This document shows, piece after piece, positions 35,801-51,500 of a stretch of 64,000 nt of DNA. The number at the start of each line of letters is the position of its first letter. Position 1 is the stretch's first letter. The DNA comes from Yuukianura sp. NJ FZ-2021. Lineage: Eukaryota. The stretch spans positions 1,426,001 through 1,490,000 of the forward strand of contig CM102285.1 of assembly GCA_046563655.1 (NCBI GenBank). Reading direction: 5' to 3'. The translations under genes were made by a program, and so were the position numbers. A model generated the notes under the pieces. It made no database searches. It saw only the letters and a program-made list of their open reading frames with translations, and had not been told where the DNA came from.

Positions 35801-38800
35801 TCTCCCGCCTAATCTTATCCATACGGAACTTCTACTGGAAGTTAAGTTTTAGTGTACAACAGTTCCCCTTGTTGCCTAATGTATCGATCCCACTGATTCA
35901 TAAATAAGGAAATAGCGTGTTAAGTTCCCCCGAGCCTAATTTACACCTTTTACAAAAAGTCTAACTTCTTGTCTCAACTTTTCAAACAGTTCAAATGGAA
36001 AGCATTTGTTTACAAAAGGTCAAATCCAAACATCACAAGAAAATAAAACAAAACTTCAGAAAAGAAATTTAATGGGCCGTGAGCACAGAAATAAACAGGC
36101 AATTTAGAAAAATTTGTCTGGACAGACGAAAAAAGATGAAAAACGTTAGAAATTAATTTTTAGAAAGTCGAGTAACAAGTTGAAACAGCGGTTTGATTTT
36201 TTTTCTCAATTCGCCCCGAGAACGTTTTTCGAATTTGGCATTTTTCTCAAACTTTCTCTCTTCTTTGTCTACCTGACTTTTTCTCACATTGCCCCAAATG
36301 CAAATCGACAAATTTTCTTTCACCAACTTTCCCTGTTCTTTGTTCATTCAACGCAATAGAATGCAACCAAAACTCAAAATTTTGAAAAAAGTTAGGCGGT
36401 AAAAAATTTACGCTTTTGAAAATTGTTGACTTTTTCAGAAAGTAGTAAAAATTTACTTCAAAATGGAAACTGGTTTAAGTGGTTTCAAATGTTAAATGTT
36501 TGGCTCGTCGTAAATGTAAATGAAGGTGGTAAAACAATCGTTTGAGTAAGTCCTTGAAGTTACCACATAAAAATTCAAACGTAAATTAATTAACTTAACT
36601 ACATTTATAGTCTATACGTTTTAGTTGGTTACATTGTCGTTTTTGGGATCGTTGTTTACTATCAAAAATTGTTTCCCAACCTGCATGTAAGTTACAATTG
36701 GAAGCAATGTGCGATTTTTTAAAACGATAAATCTTGACTTGTCACCTAATTGTTAATTGCGACGTGACAACTGAAGTGACAACTTTTTTTTTGCAGATCA
36801 GCTGTTTTTGTCAACATTTAAAGATGTCCCAATTACTGCTCATTTTCATCGTCTCTCCTGTGTTTACACTTCTCACGTAAACTTGAACTTGTTTTTGTTA
36901 CGTTAAATATTAATCTGAAAGTCTTAATGCATGTCTCTCTGTGTGTCCTTGTCACTCCTTGCTAGAACTCAGACGATGTCAACTGTGTGTCATCCATCGT
37001 TATTTTAATTTGACCCATGTCGTCTTCTACTTGACAATTATTCGAAAAGAGGTAAGAAAGTCTAACATGGCTTAGAAGATAAACCACAAACCACTTCACA
37101 TACTTTCTTAACTTGAATTTTTTGGTTGTTCTTGTTAGTTTCCTTGGACTAATGGAAGAATCATGTCCACCGGATAGTCTAGTCGTTAGATAATTTCGTG
37201 GATAATAGACATCTTTTACAACACTACTTCAACAACTGCAGTTTCTTAACATATCCAGTTCTTCTGGAAGACATAACAAGAGGGAAACAAAAGAATTCGA
37301 GAGCTAACGTGATCAGGTGATTAACAATCAACAAGCCCAAACTAATCAACTACCTAAACCTAAAAAAATGTTAACCTAACAGTGCCAGTTACTTGTTCGC
37401 AGCACGGTTTCATGACCGTTAGACTGTGGACATGGGGAGAGACTATGATGATGGATTTGGGAAGACCACACTGCTCCTTCTGGGTAACGATTCATCAAAT
37501 ACCTAATGAGAATGGTATCCAAGTACCGTGAAAATCCTACCGAAATACCGTCTCTGGGTACTTGACCTCTTTATGATCACATTATTTTCACGTCTAGTGC
37601 GCAGGAACACTGTATGCTCGAGAGCTCCGATGTAACATTACATGATGGTGGTGCCAAAGTTCAAAGTCATGCTACAGAGCAATTTGTGTCTCAGCAGGTG
37701 AAAGTAAATAGGTACGGAATGACGATGTAACTTTCTTCAAAAACCGTGGGTTGTTTAGGCATGAACACCGTGGATTGATATCAACGAAACACGGACAGAT
37801 TGTAACCTATACGATGTTTTTAAGAAACGTTACATCATAACATTCAAACTTACATTTATTTATGTTAACTTGGATAAAACTAACAAAAACTGTTGGTCGT
37901 TGCAGGTTGTATTATACATAAGAGTTATTAGCGACATTGGGATGTGGAAGACTGAGACTGTACCGTTACAAAAGCTGATTGGATTGAACGTAAAGAAGGT
38001 ATGTAAGCTCGTGCATAATGTAAAGTATAAGGGAAAACATAACCTAGATTTTTTGTTTCGTCTGGATTCGGGTATAATTGACATGAAGTGGGCGTGGTCG
38101 CTTTAATTATTACCACAGATGGGCGTGTGGACGTGGAAATGTCTTATTATGTGTCAGGGTGTCCTGTAAATTTGCGTAATTTAACACGTACAAGAGAAGG
38201 GCGGTAAGTGGACATGCGCTTTTGAAAAAAAAAACGAGCTTCTTAGGGAAAATTTGAAATTTTCTTCCGCCTTGAAATTCTACTCGATAATTAAACTGGA
38301 AACAATACAAAGGATTTTCAATGCTTCCGATTTAAAAAAGTCGAAGTTCTTTTTTCCAAAAACTTGAGTCTCGTTTTTTTTTTAAATCAGATATACACTG
38401 TGTCCCAAAATGGAAGTCCTTGATGCTGATGAACTTGAACAGAAGGAAAAGTGATTGTAGGAGTTGATTAAACCGGGAAGGTGTTAAAATCTAATCTTGG
38501 CGCCAAAATTCAATTTAAAACAAAACTGTCAGAAGCTTTAACTGCACATGCTCAGGTGCCTTGAAAATTAAATGCAGCTCAGAAGAAGTTGTATTTTATG
38601 GGTTAGATTTTTATACAGATTGGAATTGAGAGCTCTCTTTTTTTTTCTACGTTGGTAACAATGACATTATTCTTCTTTTTTCGTTTTTTCTTCCTTTTTC
38701 AAATTTCCCCTCCTTTTTTCCTTGAATGGTTTCAATGCAATTCCATTCATTTGCCGCCCTTTTCTTGCCAATTGAGATCCACTCCCATCTTCCCATTTAT

Positions 38801-41800
38801 TTAATTCTTCCTTGTGTTGTTTTCTGTGTGGAAAAGACAATGAAGAAAGAGTGTAGGAAACAGATACGGTCATAAATCTACGCCCCGCGAAACATAACGT
38901 GATAATGCAAATGAACGTTTTTATACCCCCCCCCCACTCTTTTTTTAGGGGGGGGGATGAAAAAGTTTGTATTTACCCGCTCCCGGTCCCGGGAGTTTTT
39001 CCCTCAACCCACCCCCTCCCTCCGGTGCAGATTGAATGGGGGAGGGGGTGGGGAGGAGAGGAAATTAAAAGAAGCAATTCACTTCGGCCCTGAAACTTTT
39101 TTTTTTCTTTTTTTCCCGCCTTTAATTTACGAGCTAAATAAAACTTTCAAATCCTCTGAAAGGCGGGTCTTTTTTGGATTTCAAAAATTTGCGCCCAAAA
39201 CAATGGATATTTTTCCATTTAATTGCCACCCTCTCAAAAGTTTAGGCTAAAACAAATCTTTGTTCATGAAACTCAAATTTGGCGGGAAAAAAGGCTTGAA
39301 CATTTGTAGTTTTGATTTATTTTTGGCGGGGTAATAAGCTACAGACATGTCGATTAGCAGAAAACGGTGGGTGGCGCACAACTCTAATTTTTTTTCTTGG
39401 TTTCATATTTTTGCTATTGTTTATTTCATAATTTCTGTTCTTTGTTCTCGTTTGAAATTTTTTTTTGAAAAAAGTTAAACATGGAAAAGGTGGTTTAAAC
39501 ATTTTAGGGAAAAGAACAAAAAATAATGTGCGAGTTAATTACTCCTTTTGTTTTGTACGTCTGCAGCAGTAAGTTTTTGAATTCTCATGCACAAGATGCA
39601 TTTAATTTAAATTTTACCGCCTTACGATAGTTACGCGCCCGGGTAATGACGCACATTTTGAAAATGGTTTGAAAATAATCCAGAGCAGCAGCGTTTTATG
39701 CCTAAAGAGCAGCGTTTTGAGTAATAAATGCAACGATTTTCATGTTCTCGTTTTGAAATTGAGTAGAGTTAAGGCGGCAGCGGGAATTTCAGTCCCGGGA
39801 AATTCAAACTTTTTTTTGAAATCTCCCAGACTGAGACTCCTGGCACCCGGACTCATGTTTTACTCAACTTTATCGTCGTAAACATAACCGTTTCAAGTAC
39901 ATAGGTTTAACGTACGTATTTTCCCGCCAGAATTCATGCACTAAAAATCATAACAATAAAGACAATTACAAGTGCTTTTAGGACTAAAACAATAGAAAAT
40001 GAACTTACAAGTTTATTGACCTTTGAGATTGACCTAGCAAGACTCTCTGAGAGTTAATGGTCACGTTTTTTTAGGTACGCATGCGTGGTAGTGTAATAAA
40101 AATGAAAGCGGTACACTTTTGAATTTTTTTTTGGCGGGAGAATGCTGTTTGCTTTCACTTTTTACAAAGTGCTTTCCTTTATCCACAAACACTTTCACTT
40201 TGAGTCAGTCTAGAACATGGAAACAGGATTTTGATATGCTTTCTTGTCGATCTCGTTATTTGCCAGAGATTTACATGCGGAATCTAGGTTTGGAGTTTTG
40301 AAAATATTTTGTTGAACATCGAGTATACAAACTCGTTGTGTTCAGGTTTTCCGGGAAAGTTTAAACTTTCCCGCGGAGAAAGTTGTTTTTCTAAAGCTTT
40401 CCCTGGAGAGACTTTGAAGATGTCTGTGAATACTGTGAAACTGGTTCTGTTCTAAAAACAGGATCTTTGGTTTTTATTTTCAAAGGGAAAATGGATTCCC
40501 AATTGTTTACATTTGTTGAACAAAAGCCTTTCATCCGATGCAACTTTTTTTTGCTTTTTGAAAAGGGGACTTTTTTCGCGCGTTTTTTGCCAATGGATAA
40601 AACGTTTTGGCCGGCTATAATAGCACGAATGCGCTAACTGGGAAATAGGCTGATTGTGACTGTAGCTGTGCTACTTTTTGCTACTTGTGTATAGTAGATT
40701 TTAATTCCAGAATTACTGGAATTGACTTACAGTAGTTTCTTTTTTGTTAATTGTAAGGTTTTTGTACAAAACAACTTCTGTTTGGTGGTTAAGTTAATGT
40801 GGTTTGGGAATTGGTTCTGACATAGTAAGTTTATCTACAACGTGATTAAAAAGCGACATGTGTATTTGTGTCGGCCTTTTTTGATGTGGAATCCATTAGT
40901 GAAGTTGTCATTCGATAAGGTTTGTTGGATAAAAGTAGTACTTTCCAAGTTTATACTGAAGAGTATTAAGTGGAGGACTCCATACTTGGAGTATATTTGC
41001 AAACTGATAGCATAATAACAACTGCCGCCATCTTGTTTACACAACGCAGTGACGTCGATCGTACTCAAATTCGTGTCACGACGTTTTTTTTACTCCGCGC
41101 TAACTACTACGGTGACACGTCCAACTCCAAATTGTATTTTACGTGGCAATCCTCATTTTTTGTTTTATGCAGCACAACCTCTCTATTGTTGTGTAAATTG
41201 TTGAATGTCACAAACTCTCTATTAATTTGTAGCATGTGATATGGTTTGTTTACCTTTTTGAATTTTTCAGGCGGGAAAATTTTTAATTCTTATGAAAACA
41301 CGAGGAAGAAAAATTCAATTGGGAACTTAGAAGATCAGAAAGATCAAGATCAGGTTAGGTGAATGGAAAACAAATGGCATACACATTAAGAACAAATTTT
41401 AATTGTTAATTTATTTGCAATTTTAGGTAAGAAGAATCGTTTTTATGTTTTTGAACAAGGAGGACGAGTGGAACAGGACATAGGGAGTGACATTGACGAG
41501 GACACGATGAGTGACATGAACGGTAGGTGCACATTCCGGTTCTGATCAAATCGTACAGATTAATCGTAATGAATTTGTGATTCATTTGCACTAAACTGTC
41601 GTCTTTCTAAACAGGTGACGAGAAGAAAGAAGGAACTGTGGAGGTGATAGATAAGGAAGAGCCAGAAGTGGTTGTCTATTGTGTTCGTCAGGAGATGACA
41701 TGGTCCTTGGTCATAGTCCCACCTAACTAGACTTGTCTTCATTGTTACCTTTACGAGTCTAGTTGACATGTTGGAGTGAGGATTGTGACGAGCTGGAGAC

Positions 41801-42531
41801 AATGGAGGCTGATCCTGATGCTAGATGCTGAGAGTGAGGTAATTAATGCGAGTCCTTTTAATTTAAGTGGCATAAAGAGGGAAATCATGTTCGGTGTGTG
41901 TATTTCAGTGCTTGGGGATTAGCATAATCCAATGGCTGATAGGACACGATGTTGGACAAGCCCCAAGACAAACTACGAACAAGTGAGTTCGTGGTCCTAC
42001 CAATCCAAGAGCAGGATCCACCCAATTGGGTTCCAAATCGGGTCAAAAAGGAGGACCAACTCACCCTCCCCGTCTCCCAGAACGAAGTTTCGTACTTACT
42101 ACAACGTTAGGTTTCGCAGCTTTACTGTGTGGACTGAAGTGCTGGCACTCCAACGATATGGCTAGCATGTACGAAACAACTAGGGCTCACCAAGGATACC
42201 CAGCATGGCTCAAGTCAACACAACGTGCTCAAGGATACGCTCTGTTCCGTCCGTCCAGTGCATCTCTACGCTCACACCTGAGCAGTCAACAACAATAGCC
42301 AACAGTACTTACTAAGACCACACGCTCCTAATTATCATAATCGTCATCATCAACAGCACTACTTACAAGAGGTATACCGTAACCAACTTACATTCTAGTG
42401 CTGTACTTTGAACATCAGTGAAAGTGTGTTACTAATTGACAACTTCCCCTTCCTCTTTTAACACAGTGCAAGAACACGATAGAACACGGTGTCCTTATTG
42501 TTAATGAGTGTCACTCACTTATTACTACACG

Positions 42532-45500
42532 ATGTCATACTTTGCCTACTCCCCAACTCCTGCCTACAACAATTCAAGTGCTAATCATCAGGTAAGGCCA
42601 AAACAACAATCTTAAGACAATGTGTCACTACACATAAACAATGATAGTCAATGTGTCGAGACAAGGATGGTCATAATGTGTCACTGTGACAACGATGTCA
42701 CTTTGGACAGGGGCGGTGGTGGGAGCAAGTATCTTCGTATAATCAAATTAATACTTGATAGAGCTCAATGCTACACCTTTTGCGTGTCCAATGTTTTTGT
42801 GTGACACATTGTCTTTGATTATACTCATTATGCTTTTGCAGTGTCTAAAGTGGTCATTTTCATTTTCATTTTGAGTGAGTGTGACAAAGTCGATACCTAA
42901 ATGGTGTCATTGTCACTTTAAGTGGTGAGAGAGACACACTTTGGAGCTAATTGTGATTAGGAGCTCTTTTATTCATTATACGCTGCACTGGCAACTGTAA
43001 GTTAAACTTTTAGACTTGATTGATTCTCCTTTTTTTGGAGTTACACTTTCTAAATCCAGTTTTCAGTTTTCGATACACTCAACTCACTTTTTGATTACTC
43101 AAAAATTCAGGAGTAGGTGGAACGAATTTTCCAAAATTACAGAAATTGATCCGACGACCCACACACATAGACTAATCCAAAATTAAGCGTCGTAATTACG
43201 AAGCGTTGAGCATAATTCGAGCCCTAATTTTCAAAAAACCGCGATTTTTTAAAACTGACTCTTTTTTATAAAGCTAACGTTATTTCTGGTGTAAAATGCA
43301 ACGTAAAGCTAACGTTTTTGGTTGTTATTTTTGCAGATTCTGGGGTCACCGACATCTTCTTCGGGCGGAATGAGTGGGTCAACGTCTCCAAGTGGAATTA
43401 CTACAAATAGTAACCATAGCAACAACGCCTCTTCGTCCTCCCCACCAGCACAAACTTGTTGCGAAGGCGGACGTCCCCTGGTCACCGACCCCATCACAGG
43501 TCAACCTGTCTGCTCATGTCAATATGACCCGACTAGGCTAACACTGTCGTCGTATCCACGTTTAGCCGCTGCCTATGGCTCAAGTCCTTACGTCCCTGCG
43601 ACGGACCAAAATCCGTATCCGTCACTCGAGTCATCTGCCTTCTACTCACCTCTGGTAAGAAAACGATTTCGGTTTTGAAATTTTCGTTTTGGCGGAAATC
43701 AATTATTCAGAAGGAGTAAAGCTTTCTCTCGTGTCACGGTGTTGAGTCACAGCACGAGGGGAGCTTTTATGATGTATGGACTGAAAATGTATGAAAATAC
43801 GGAAATGCTATTTTGGAGTAGTCGTGAGTTCGATTCCTACTGGCGGTGGCGGAACTAGACGAGGTCACTTTTGAAAAAGTTACATTGTTTAGTTGGTCGA
43901 GGTCACTCAATTATTCAACTAGTTCCATCATCCACTGTTCTTCTTGTCATCATATTGGTTTTGTGTAGTTTTTGAATTTTGGTTTTAAAAATATGTTTAT
44001 GTTGCTTTTCCTGTCCATCTTCCAAGACACGACGTCCTAATGAATTTTTGATGAAGGTCTGACTATGCGCCATTCCGAAGTGTCCCAAAGTCCCTTCAAA
44101 GTCTTTCAACGCGGTCACGACTTGTGACATGACAAAGGCTCAGACGACCAAATGTGGCGCACGGTCATTTGGACAAACTAAAAATGTTAGGATAGACTAA
44201 CTTTTGCTTTGGCGACGGTCATTAGGCTTAAGTTTTTGTTTTGTCAAAGGTCAAAAGAGGCTAAAACCAAAAATAGAAAAGTCATTTGTGTTTTAGTCTC
44301 CTCGTTTGGCGACTAAAACTCATGTTTTCCCAATATTTTTCAATTTTCTTCTTCAGTTTTTCGATGTTTAATTTTCAGTTTTCCACGGCTTCATTTGCCG
44401 ATTTTTTTATTTATTTTCACGTTTCGTTTTCCTTTTCCCCGTTTCATTTCCCGATTTCGGGGTTTTTTTTTTTTCACTTTTCAGTTTTTCTGCGATTACG
44501 TTTTCATCGCTACATTTTCAAATTCGCTCTTTAATTTTGTTCGAGTTTTCAGTTTTCAATTTTTCGCATTTCGGATTTAGACTTTTCAGTTTCAATTTTC
44601 AAGAAAAAAAGCGAGGCCACCAGAAATTGCACAAGTTGTAGAATTTAATTAAAGATTTTCGCCTATGCTTAGCTCCTTGTTGAGTTTTTTTTTTCAAATG
44701 ACTCATAAAAAGCTAAAAAGAATTTTGGAATAGAAAATGAAAGGTAACGGAAACAAGTTTTCAAACAATTTGCATTGTAAACGTATTTTTGAATGAGATG
44801 GAGACGTGGGGAGTTTCTATAGACTCTACAGTTGTTATTGGATTTCTGTTTTTCGAAATGGAAATTTTGTGTTTTTTGAAAAGTGGATTCTCGAGGTGTT
44901 GGATTGATTAAAAATGATCAAAAGGAGCGGAACATTTCAATCTCGTAAAAATTCATTAAGTTCTTAGGGTAAATTAAATGATCGATCTTTTTGTCGTGTT
45001 CTTTTCGTATTGGTTTTTAAGTTTCCATTTAAAATTTAACATTTGTTAGATTATCCATGTTTTCTCTGTTTTCTTGTTTTTCTGGAAGTTTAGCGTACAA
45101 CTGATAAGCACTTTTTGACAAGGACTAAAAACTGAAAAGTTTTTCTTGGAAAATAGTTTTTTAAACCTTCTGGAAAAGTATGTCCGGGTGATCGATTCCC
45201 GGTTCATGTTTGTTTTAAAATTGAAAAAAGGCGTTTTCGACTAAAGCAGGGACGGAGGGAGATGAATTTGTTAAAAGTGGCGGTGGTCTGTGTGACATTC
45301 CGTTTTGGTCAATGACAGAGATGGACTAGGGGGTGGGACCTGAAACATAAGTTAACATTTTTTGAAAAAAGTTCAAAAAAATGTTTTCTTTGAGAATTTT
45401 GCGTTTAAGGGCTCTCGGTGTCATTATGGAGGTTAATTATGAGTCCGATTAGGCTAGGTTGAGTGACAGGAGGCACTTAAGGGAACTTAAGGTTGGTCCG

Positions 45501-48500
45501 GATGCTGGACAGGTCAGGACCCTTCAGGTAGACACTTCGGAGGAACCTTGTTTGAGACAGAAACAAGACAGTCTCGGACCGCCCTGCTTGTCTTTGTTCA
45601 CTGAGGTATTATTATTATTACAAAGTGTGAAATGAGGTGGACAGAATGAAGGAGGGAAATCCAAACAAAAACTTTTCAAAAAGAAGATTTACTTTTCAAT
45701 TTTTCGGTTTTCAAAACACTACAACAAAAGTTTTTGAACTACCACCGAAAAACCAACAAAAAAAGAAGAGATCGAAAAAAGGGTTCGAAAAAAGAAAATC
45801 CGGGCAAAACAAAAAAATCGGGAGAAAATGAAATGAAAATCGAGAAAAAAGAAAAAAATCGGGAAAAAAAGAAACCAAAATCAGAGAGAAAGAAAAAAAT
45901 CGGGAAAAAGGTGAGAAAAATCCGCTGAAAAGGATGGAAAAAGAAGATGTGGAGGTTTAACTTTTGTTAATTATTGGCGGTTTTAGAAAAATTTTCACAA
46001 TTTTCTTATCTTTTGCTTGGGGATTTTCAAAAATTCAAAGATTTGATTAGTTCCCGCCGATTTTTGGGCGACTTAATAAGGTTAGAGGTTAACTTAATTT
46101 AGGTTAGCCTATGTTTTTTGCCTCTTTTTTATGATGAAGAAGAGAGATGATTTGTTAGGCGAGGTGAGACAGTGAATCTGTTGGAAAGCGTCAGACCTCA
46201 TGAGTAGTTTGAATCAAGTACAGAAATTTATTCTTGTTGAAGCTACGGTAGAGATTCCTATCATTTTGTATTTTTTTAAACTTCAGCGCTCCAGCATCTT
46301 AAAAATGTTTTTGGTCCATTGTTTTATAAATTTTTGTTTGTTGTTTTTGACAGGGTGGGGCCTACGCCGGGTTGAAAGAAGGGAGCGGAACTGGCGACGT
46401 CTCATGCTGGCCAAACCCTGGGAGTCTTCAGTCAGGCTACTATCCCTACGACCCTACGTTTGCAGCAGCCTACGGGTCAGTGCTTGAGTTTGATTTTGTG
46501 TAGACGTAGGATCGAATCCTGCAGTCCCCCTGCCTCCTCGGATTATGACCACATAGGGCCTGACATTGAACGGACGCTCCCCATGTTACTGACTTTCCAA
46601 ATTAGATTAGTGGTGAGACTTTGTTTTCCTCGTGTGCTTTCGCTTGGCAGCGATGAAGCGTAAGTTGAAAGTCAAGTTGAATGGAGGAGCGTCGAAGAAG
46701 TTTGTTGGCCTAACTGATTTATTATGACAAGGTCCAATCCCCCTTTTAACTCCCTCGTCATCATTATTGGAGCCTTCCAGAACTTTTGGAACTTTGGAAA
46801 CTGTGTGGGAGAAGGAGAGAGATCGGAGTAATTCAATTATATGAGGCACATACTAAATTAGACAAGACTTGAAGGAAACCTGGCCCTCATTAATGCAACT
46901 GCCCACAAACATAAATTTTCCAAAGTACAAACCAACTCCCAATCCAAATTTTTTCAAGGGCCCTTCCCTTGGCTAAGGCAGTGGAACGCAGGACTTAAGG
47001 GCTCTCTGCTTTTCGGCAGGAAGGAGCATGAAAAAACTGAATTTTTTGAAAAAATTTCACTCCTGAAAAAATTCTGTCCAATTTTTTTTAGTTTTTGGTT
47101 CACCAGCTTTCACTTTTTTTTTACCGAAGCACCAAAACATAGCAAAAAGTTTTTTGTACAAAAAGCAAAAATTTCACCAAAAAAAAATTGCAGAATTTTT
47201 TACATCTGTGGAAGCAGTAGAAGTCTGATTTCAAATTTGTTATGGTTAACGTGTGCAAGCCCAAAGCGGGCAGAATTTAAATGTCGCTCTAAGGGGAAAG
47301 AAATTTTGAAATAGCGGAAAGCTTTTTGCAAATGAGACAAAAATTTTCAAAAAGATTTCCGGAATTTTGAATTTTGTGGTTTAGCAGTAGCACTTTTGGT
47401 TTTGATTTCAAATTTCAAACGTTATGAAATAGCAAAATTTTTGAGACGGGAAGTTCTCATAATGTCAAATTTTGAAGTGCCGAGTTTTCGTACAAAAGCG
47501 AGGGAATGTTACTAGGTTCGAAAAGTTTTGAAAAAAAAATGAAACACATTTTGGACGTCTTTCACTCAGCATGAAATTCCCGGGGTTTTCAAAAAAAATT
47601 TTTTTTTGTGAAACATGAAAAGTTTCTTGTTGAATTGAATGTAAAAGGCGTGTAGGAACCAATGGGGCTTTGAGTCATTTTGAAAACCCTTTGCTGTTCA
47701 ATTGACTTCCTCTTGGTCATAGAAATAGTTTCAGTTTTTTATGGGTTTTGGGCCATTGTCGAAATATTTTGTGTATTGTGTGAAGCGTGACTTTTTTGAA
47801 AGTAATAACTCCTGCTTTTTCAAAAAAGTAGGGTTGACACATGTCCTGGGATGGACAAGCTTCCGTTTTTGTTAGAAAGTGAAAGGAGTGATTGAAATGG
47901 GCAATTGTTAATTTTGGTTTGAAAAAGTGAAAGTGATGGAGAGTGTGAGTGTCCATAAGATTAAGTGGAGAGTGTAGTGAAAGTATTGGGTGGGGAAATG
48001 GGCAAAAGTGGATTCGGAAATGGGTGGTTTTGACTCTTAGGAAGTTCGTTCCCCAGAAAAACCAAAGTCCTTAATCGTTATTTCTATGAGATCAATTCCA
48101 TTAAACTACTTTGGCAGAAAGAGAACATCCCAAACGATAATAAAATGGAATGATTTTGGATTGGATTCGGAAACGCCCGGGAAAACGGGACTGGGATTTC
48201 AGAAAAAAAGTTTTACTAAAAGTTGGAGGGTTATCGGCAGTTTTCGTAGAAAAACTGGGGAAAATGTGCATTTTGAAAAACGAAAATGCAGTTTTAGGAT
48301 TTACAGGAGCACTGGCACAGCAGGGAAGGCGCTGTTACAGCACAAAAATTTAAAAGCGAAAAAGAGTTACGCCGTTTTTGGGCGAGAATTTTTGTCGAAA
48401 TTTTGATTTTGAAACAAACCCAACCAAGCATGCCTTGCCAAATTTGCCTTTTTTTTTAACAAAAAATAGAATAAAACTTCAAACAAATGCGTTTTTCAAT

Positions 48501-51500
48501 CATTTTTTATGAAACGAGTCAATACAAAACGGTTGAAGAAATAAAGCGCGAAAATTTTCTCAAAAGGAAAATGTTTTTTTAGTACAAACCGTTTTTAAAA
48601 CGTTATTTTTAATGCGAAGCGTTTTTGAAACGTTTATTTTGTTGTTGTAAAATACTCCGTTGCTTTTATATGGAAAATTTCACCAAAAATTGTGTGTTTT
48701 TGCAGCGTTTTGAGGAATATTTGACGATATAGCGTTTTACGAATTTTGAAATTTGGGCAGTTTTTGAATAATTGGCGAAAATTGGTTTTTGTGTTTTATT
48801 TGGCAATTAGGATGAATCGATGTAGGAATTTTACGTGTCGTGTTTTAATTATATGGAGAGAGGGAAAATTTGAAATCGATATGAGTTTTACATTTACAGA
48901 AAGTAAGACACGGCATACATAGTAAAACAGAAAGTAGTTTTTGTACTGTGTTTGAAAATTGGGAAATTTTGAGATTAATTTTTGAATTTGAGAGTACGAG
49001 GGCTGTGTATGATGTTTAAAGTGAAAGAAGAAGTTATTTAGAGTGTGTAAAAGCATGGAGGTCAATATTTGAGTAAATGTATTTAACATGATTATGTCCT
49101 TGCTAATTGCATTTTCTCCAAATATTGTACTAAAAGCGTATAATTTTTGGTACTCACACGAAGTTGTTAGGTTAATGTAACCGGTGGGGGTCCTTTACCG
49201 TTAGGCTAACGTAATCATGTAGGTTAAGCTAAGGTGGGCAGAAGAGTGTTGAGTGGTTTGATGGAAGAGTGGAGGTGATGGTGTTAATTAATTTAAAGCC
49301 CTAATTAACTCACCTTCTTCCTATAATTAGAAAAGTGAGCAAAGGAGCTGCTCTGTCAACTATCTATCAAATTACTCATCTTTTTCCTGCGCAGCGAACT
49401 TTGGTTCGTTGGGCGCAGACGAACCGAAACGAATTAAGGCTGTGAATGTATAACATTCAGATTATTGTTGCACATTTTTGCAAGTGCATAGAGGAATTTT
49501 GGCAAGTTTTATACAAAGTTTCAAATTTTGGGTTCAAGAAAAAAAGTGGTTTCGTTTTTTGAAAAAAGAACTACAGTTTTTTTTCTAAAGTTGTACACTG
49601 TGGAAGACGAATTTCGATTTTATCACTGTGCAAAAATATAAAAAATGACAATGCGGTTTTTTTTTCCTCTTTAATTTTTTTTTTTTCGCTTTGAATTTCT
49701 ATTTGGGCGTTCGAATTTGCAAATTTTTTCTTCTCGATTATTTTTGTGGTGTTTTTAAGCATTAGTTTTTGCAGTGGAGTTTTTTTAACCGTAGTTTTTT
49801 AGCGTAAAAAATGACGAATTGACGAAACACAAATGCTAGTGGACTACAAGAACAATGGAATGATTTGGAAAACGCACAAAGGACAAGGATGAAGGAAATT
49901 TGCAATGTAGACGATGTTTTGACATGGAAAAGGAAGTGTAATCAAAGATTTACATAAGGAAAGAGTTAATTGATATTAAAATATTTACATTTGTCACACA
50001 AGACAAAAAAAACGAGAAAAATGGGCTTTTTTACTTGTGGTTTACTAATGTCAACAAGGTGACTTTGTCAAATTTGAAAATGGAATGGGAAGGACATTTT
50101 TAAATAATTCAGCAACAAAAGTTGCAAAAAACGCAAAGGCAAAGAAAAAGCAAAGACAAAATTTGTCTTTGCTTTGTTTGCAGGTTGTCAATGGATTAAT
50201 GTCAAGGGAAATCTTGAAATCTTTGCAAATTGCAAATTTGAGACGAAGATTCAGGTTATCCAACCTAGAGCAAGAAAAGTACATGTGATTTTGAAAATGG
50301 TGGGCCAAAAACGTCGAGACTTTTTGAGTGAAAATTGTAACTTGAAACCCAGAGTGTAACCTTGTAACGGCAGTGGAATTTAATGAGTCTTGTAGATTTG
50401 TTAGTGTGATTAACTAACTATTGAGAGTGGCAAAAGCATCAGTAGATTGTACTTGCCAGTAGTGCAAGCACTTTCCTGACATTAATCACATCCGTTAATC
50501 TGAACTTTTAGTGAGTGGTGATTCAAAAGCGTAAAGAAATGGATTAATTGTAATTTTTTTGAATGTGAGGGTTTGTCGGATTTTGATCTTTTCAAGCCTG
50601 TTTTTGCTAAGATTTTAATTTTTTTTTTGTTGCTTTTGTTACAGATATGGAGGAGGCTACGATTTGGCTGCGCGGAGGAAGAATGCTACGAGAGAGTCTA
50701 CGGCGACGCTGAAGGCGTGGCTCAACGAGCACAAGAAGAATCCGTATCCGACCAAAGGCGAGAAGATCATGTTGGCAATCATAACAAAAATGACTTTGAC
50801 GCAAGTTTCGACGTGGTTTGCAAATGCACGGCGCAGGTTGAAGAAGGAAAACAAAATGACGTGGGAACCCAAGAATAAGACGGACGATGACGACGAAGAT
50901 TTGAAAGACGATGATGGTAAAGTTTACTTAAAGTTTATTTTTACAACGGTAGAGTAAGACAAAATTAGTCGCGCCAATAACGCGAACAACTTCCGTAGTA
51001 GTAGGAGCGAAAGAATTCTCGAATATCCAAAGGCGCGAATATTTCATTTTCAGTAATTCAAAATTCGAAAGTTATTTTAGGGATGAAACTTTTTTAAGTT
51101 TTTTTTTAATTTCAAATTTTAGTGGAGTAACGGCTTTTGTTTACGCGCCAAAAGCGCGAAAAGTTGATGAGAAAATGTGAAGAGGGGGAGAAATTGTGAA
51201 TTTTGTGAAGTTTGTGATGATGATGAAGGGCTTTGAGAGAGATTCATTTTCTCCCGGGAGATGTTTGTTGAGGAGCCCTTTGGTGACCCCTTCCCTTTTT
51301 AATGTTGAAGGGACTTAAGGGATTTCTGTTTTTCTGTTGAAGGGTTGAGAAGAAGAGATTTTTGTTACATTTCAAGTTAATCCTTGTGTGAGTCACAAAA
51401 TATTAGGGAGCATGAGAGGAGTTGGTGTTGTGGAAACTGAAGTGTAAATCCCTTTTAATCAAAATCCAAACACTTAATTGCTAAGAGTATAACCTAACGG

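Noticed and set aside
27446-42300. Dozens of 60-100 aa ORFs in the gene desert
   Set aside because: F/K/L-rich translations of AT-rich non-coding DNA, with no domains or consistent splice structure.
45637-45928. Lys/Arg/Glu-rich ORFs
   Set aside because: Translation of an A-rich low-complexity intronic tract.
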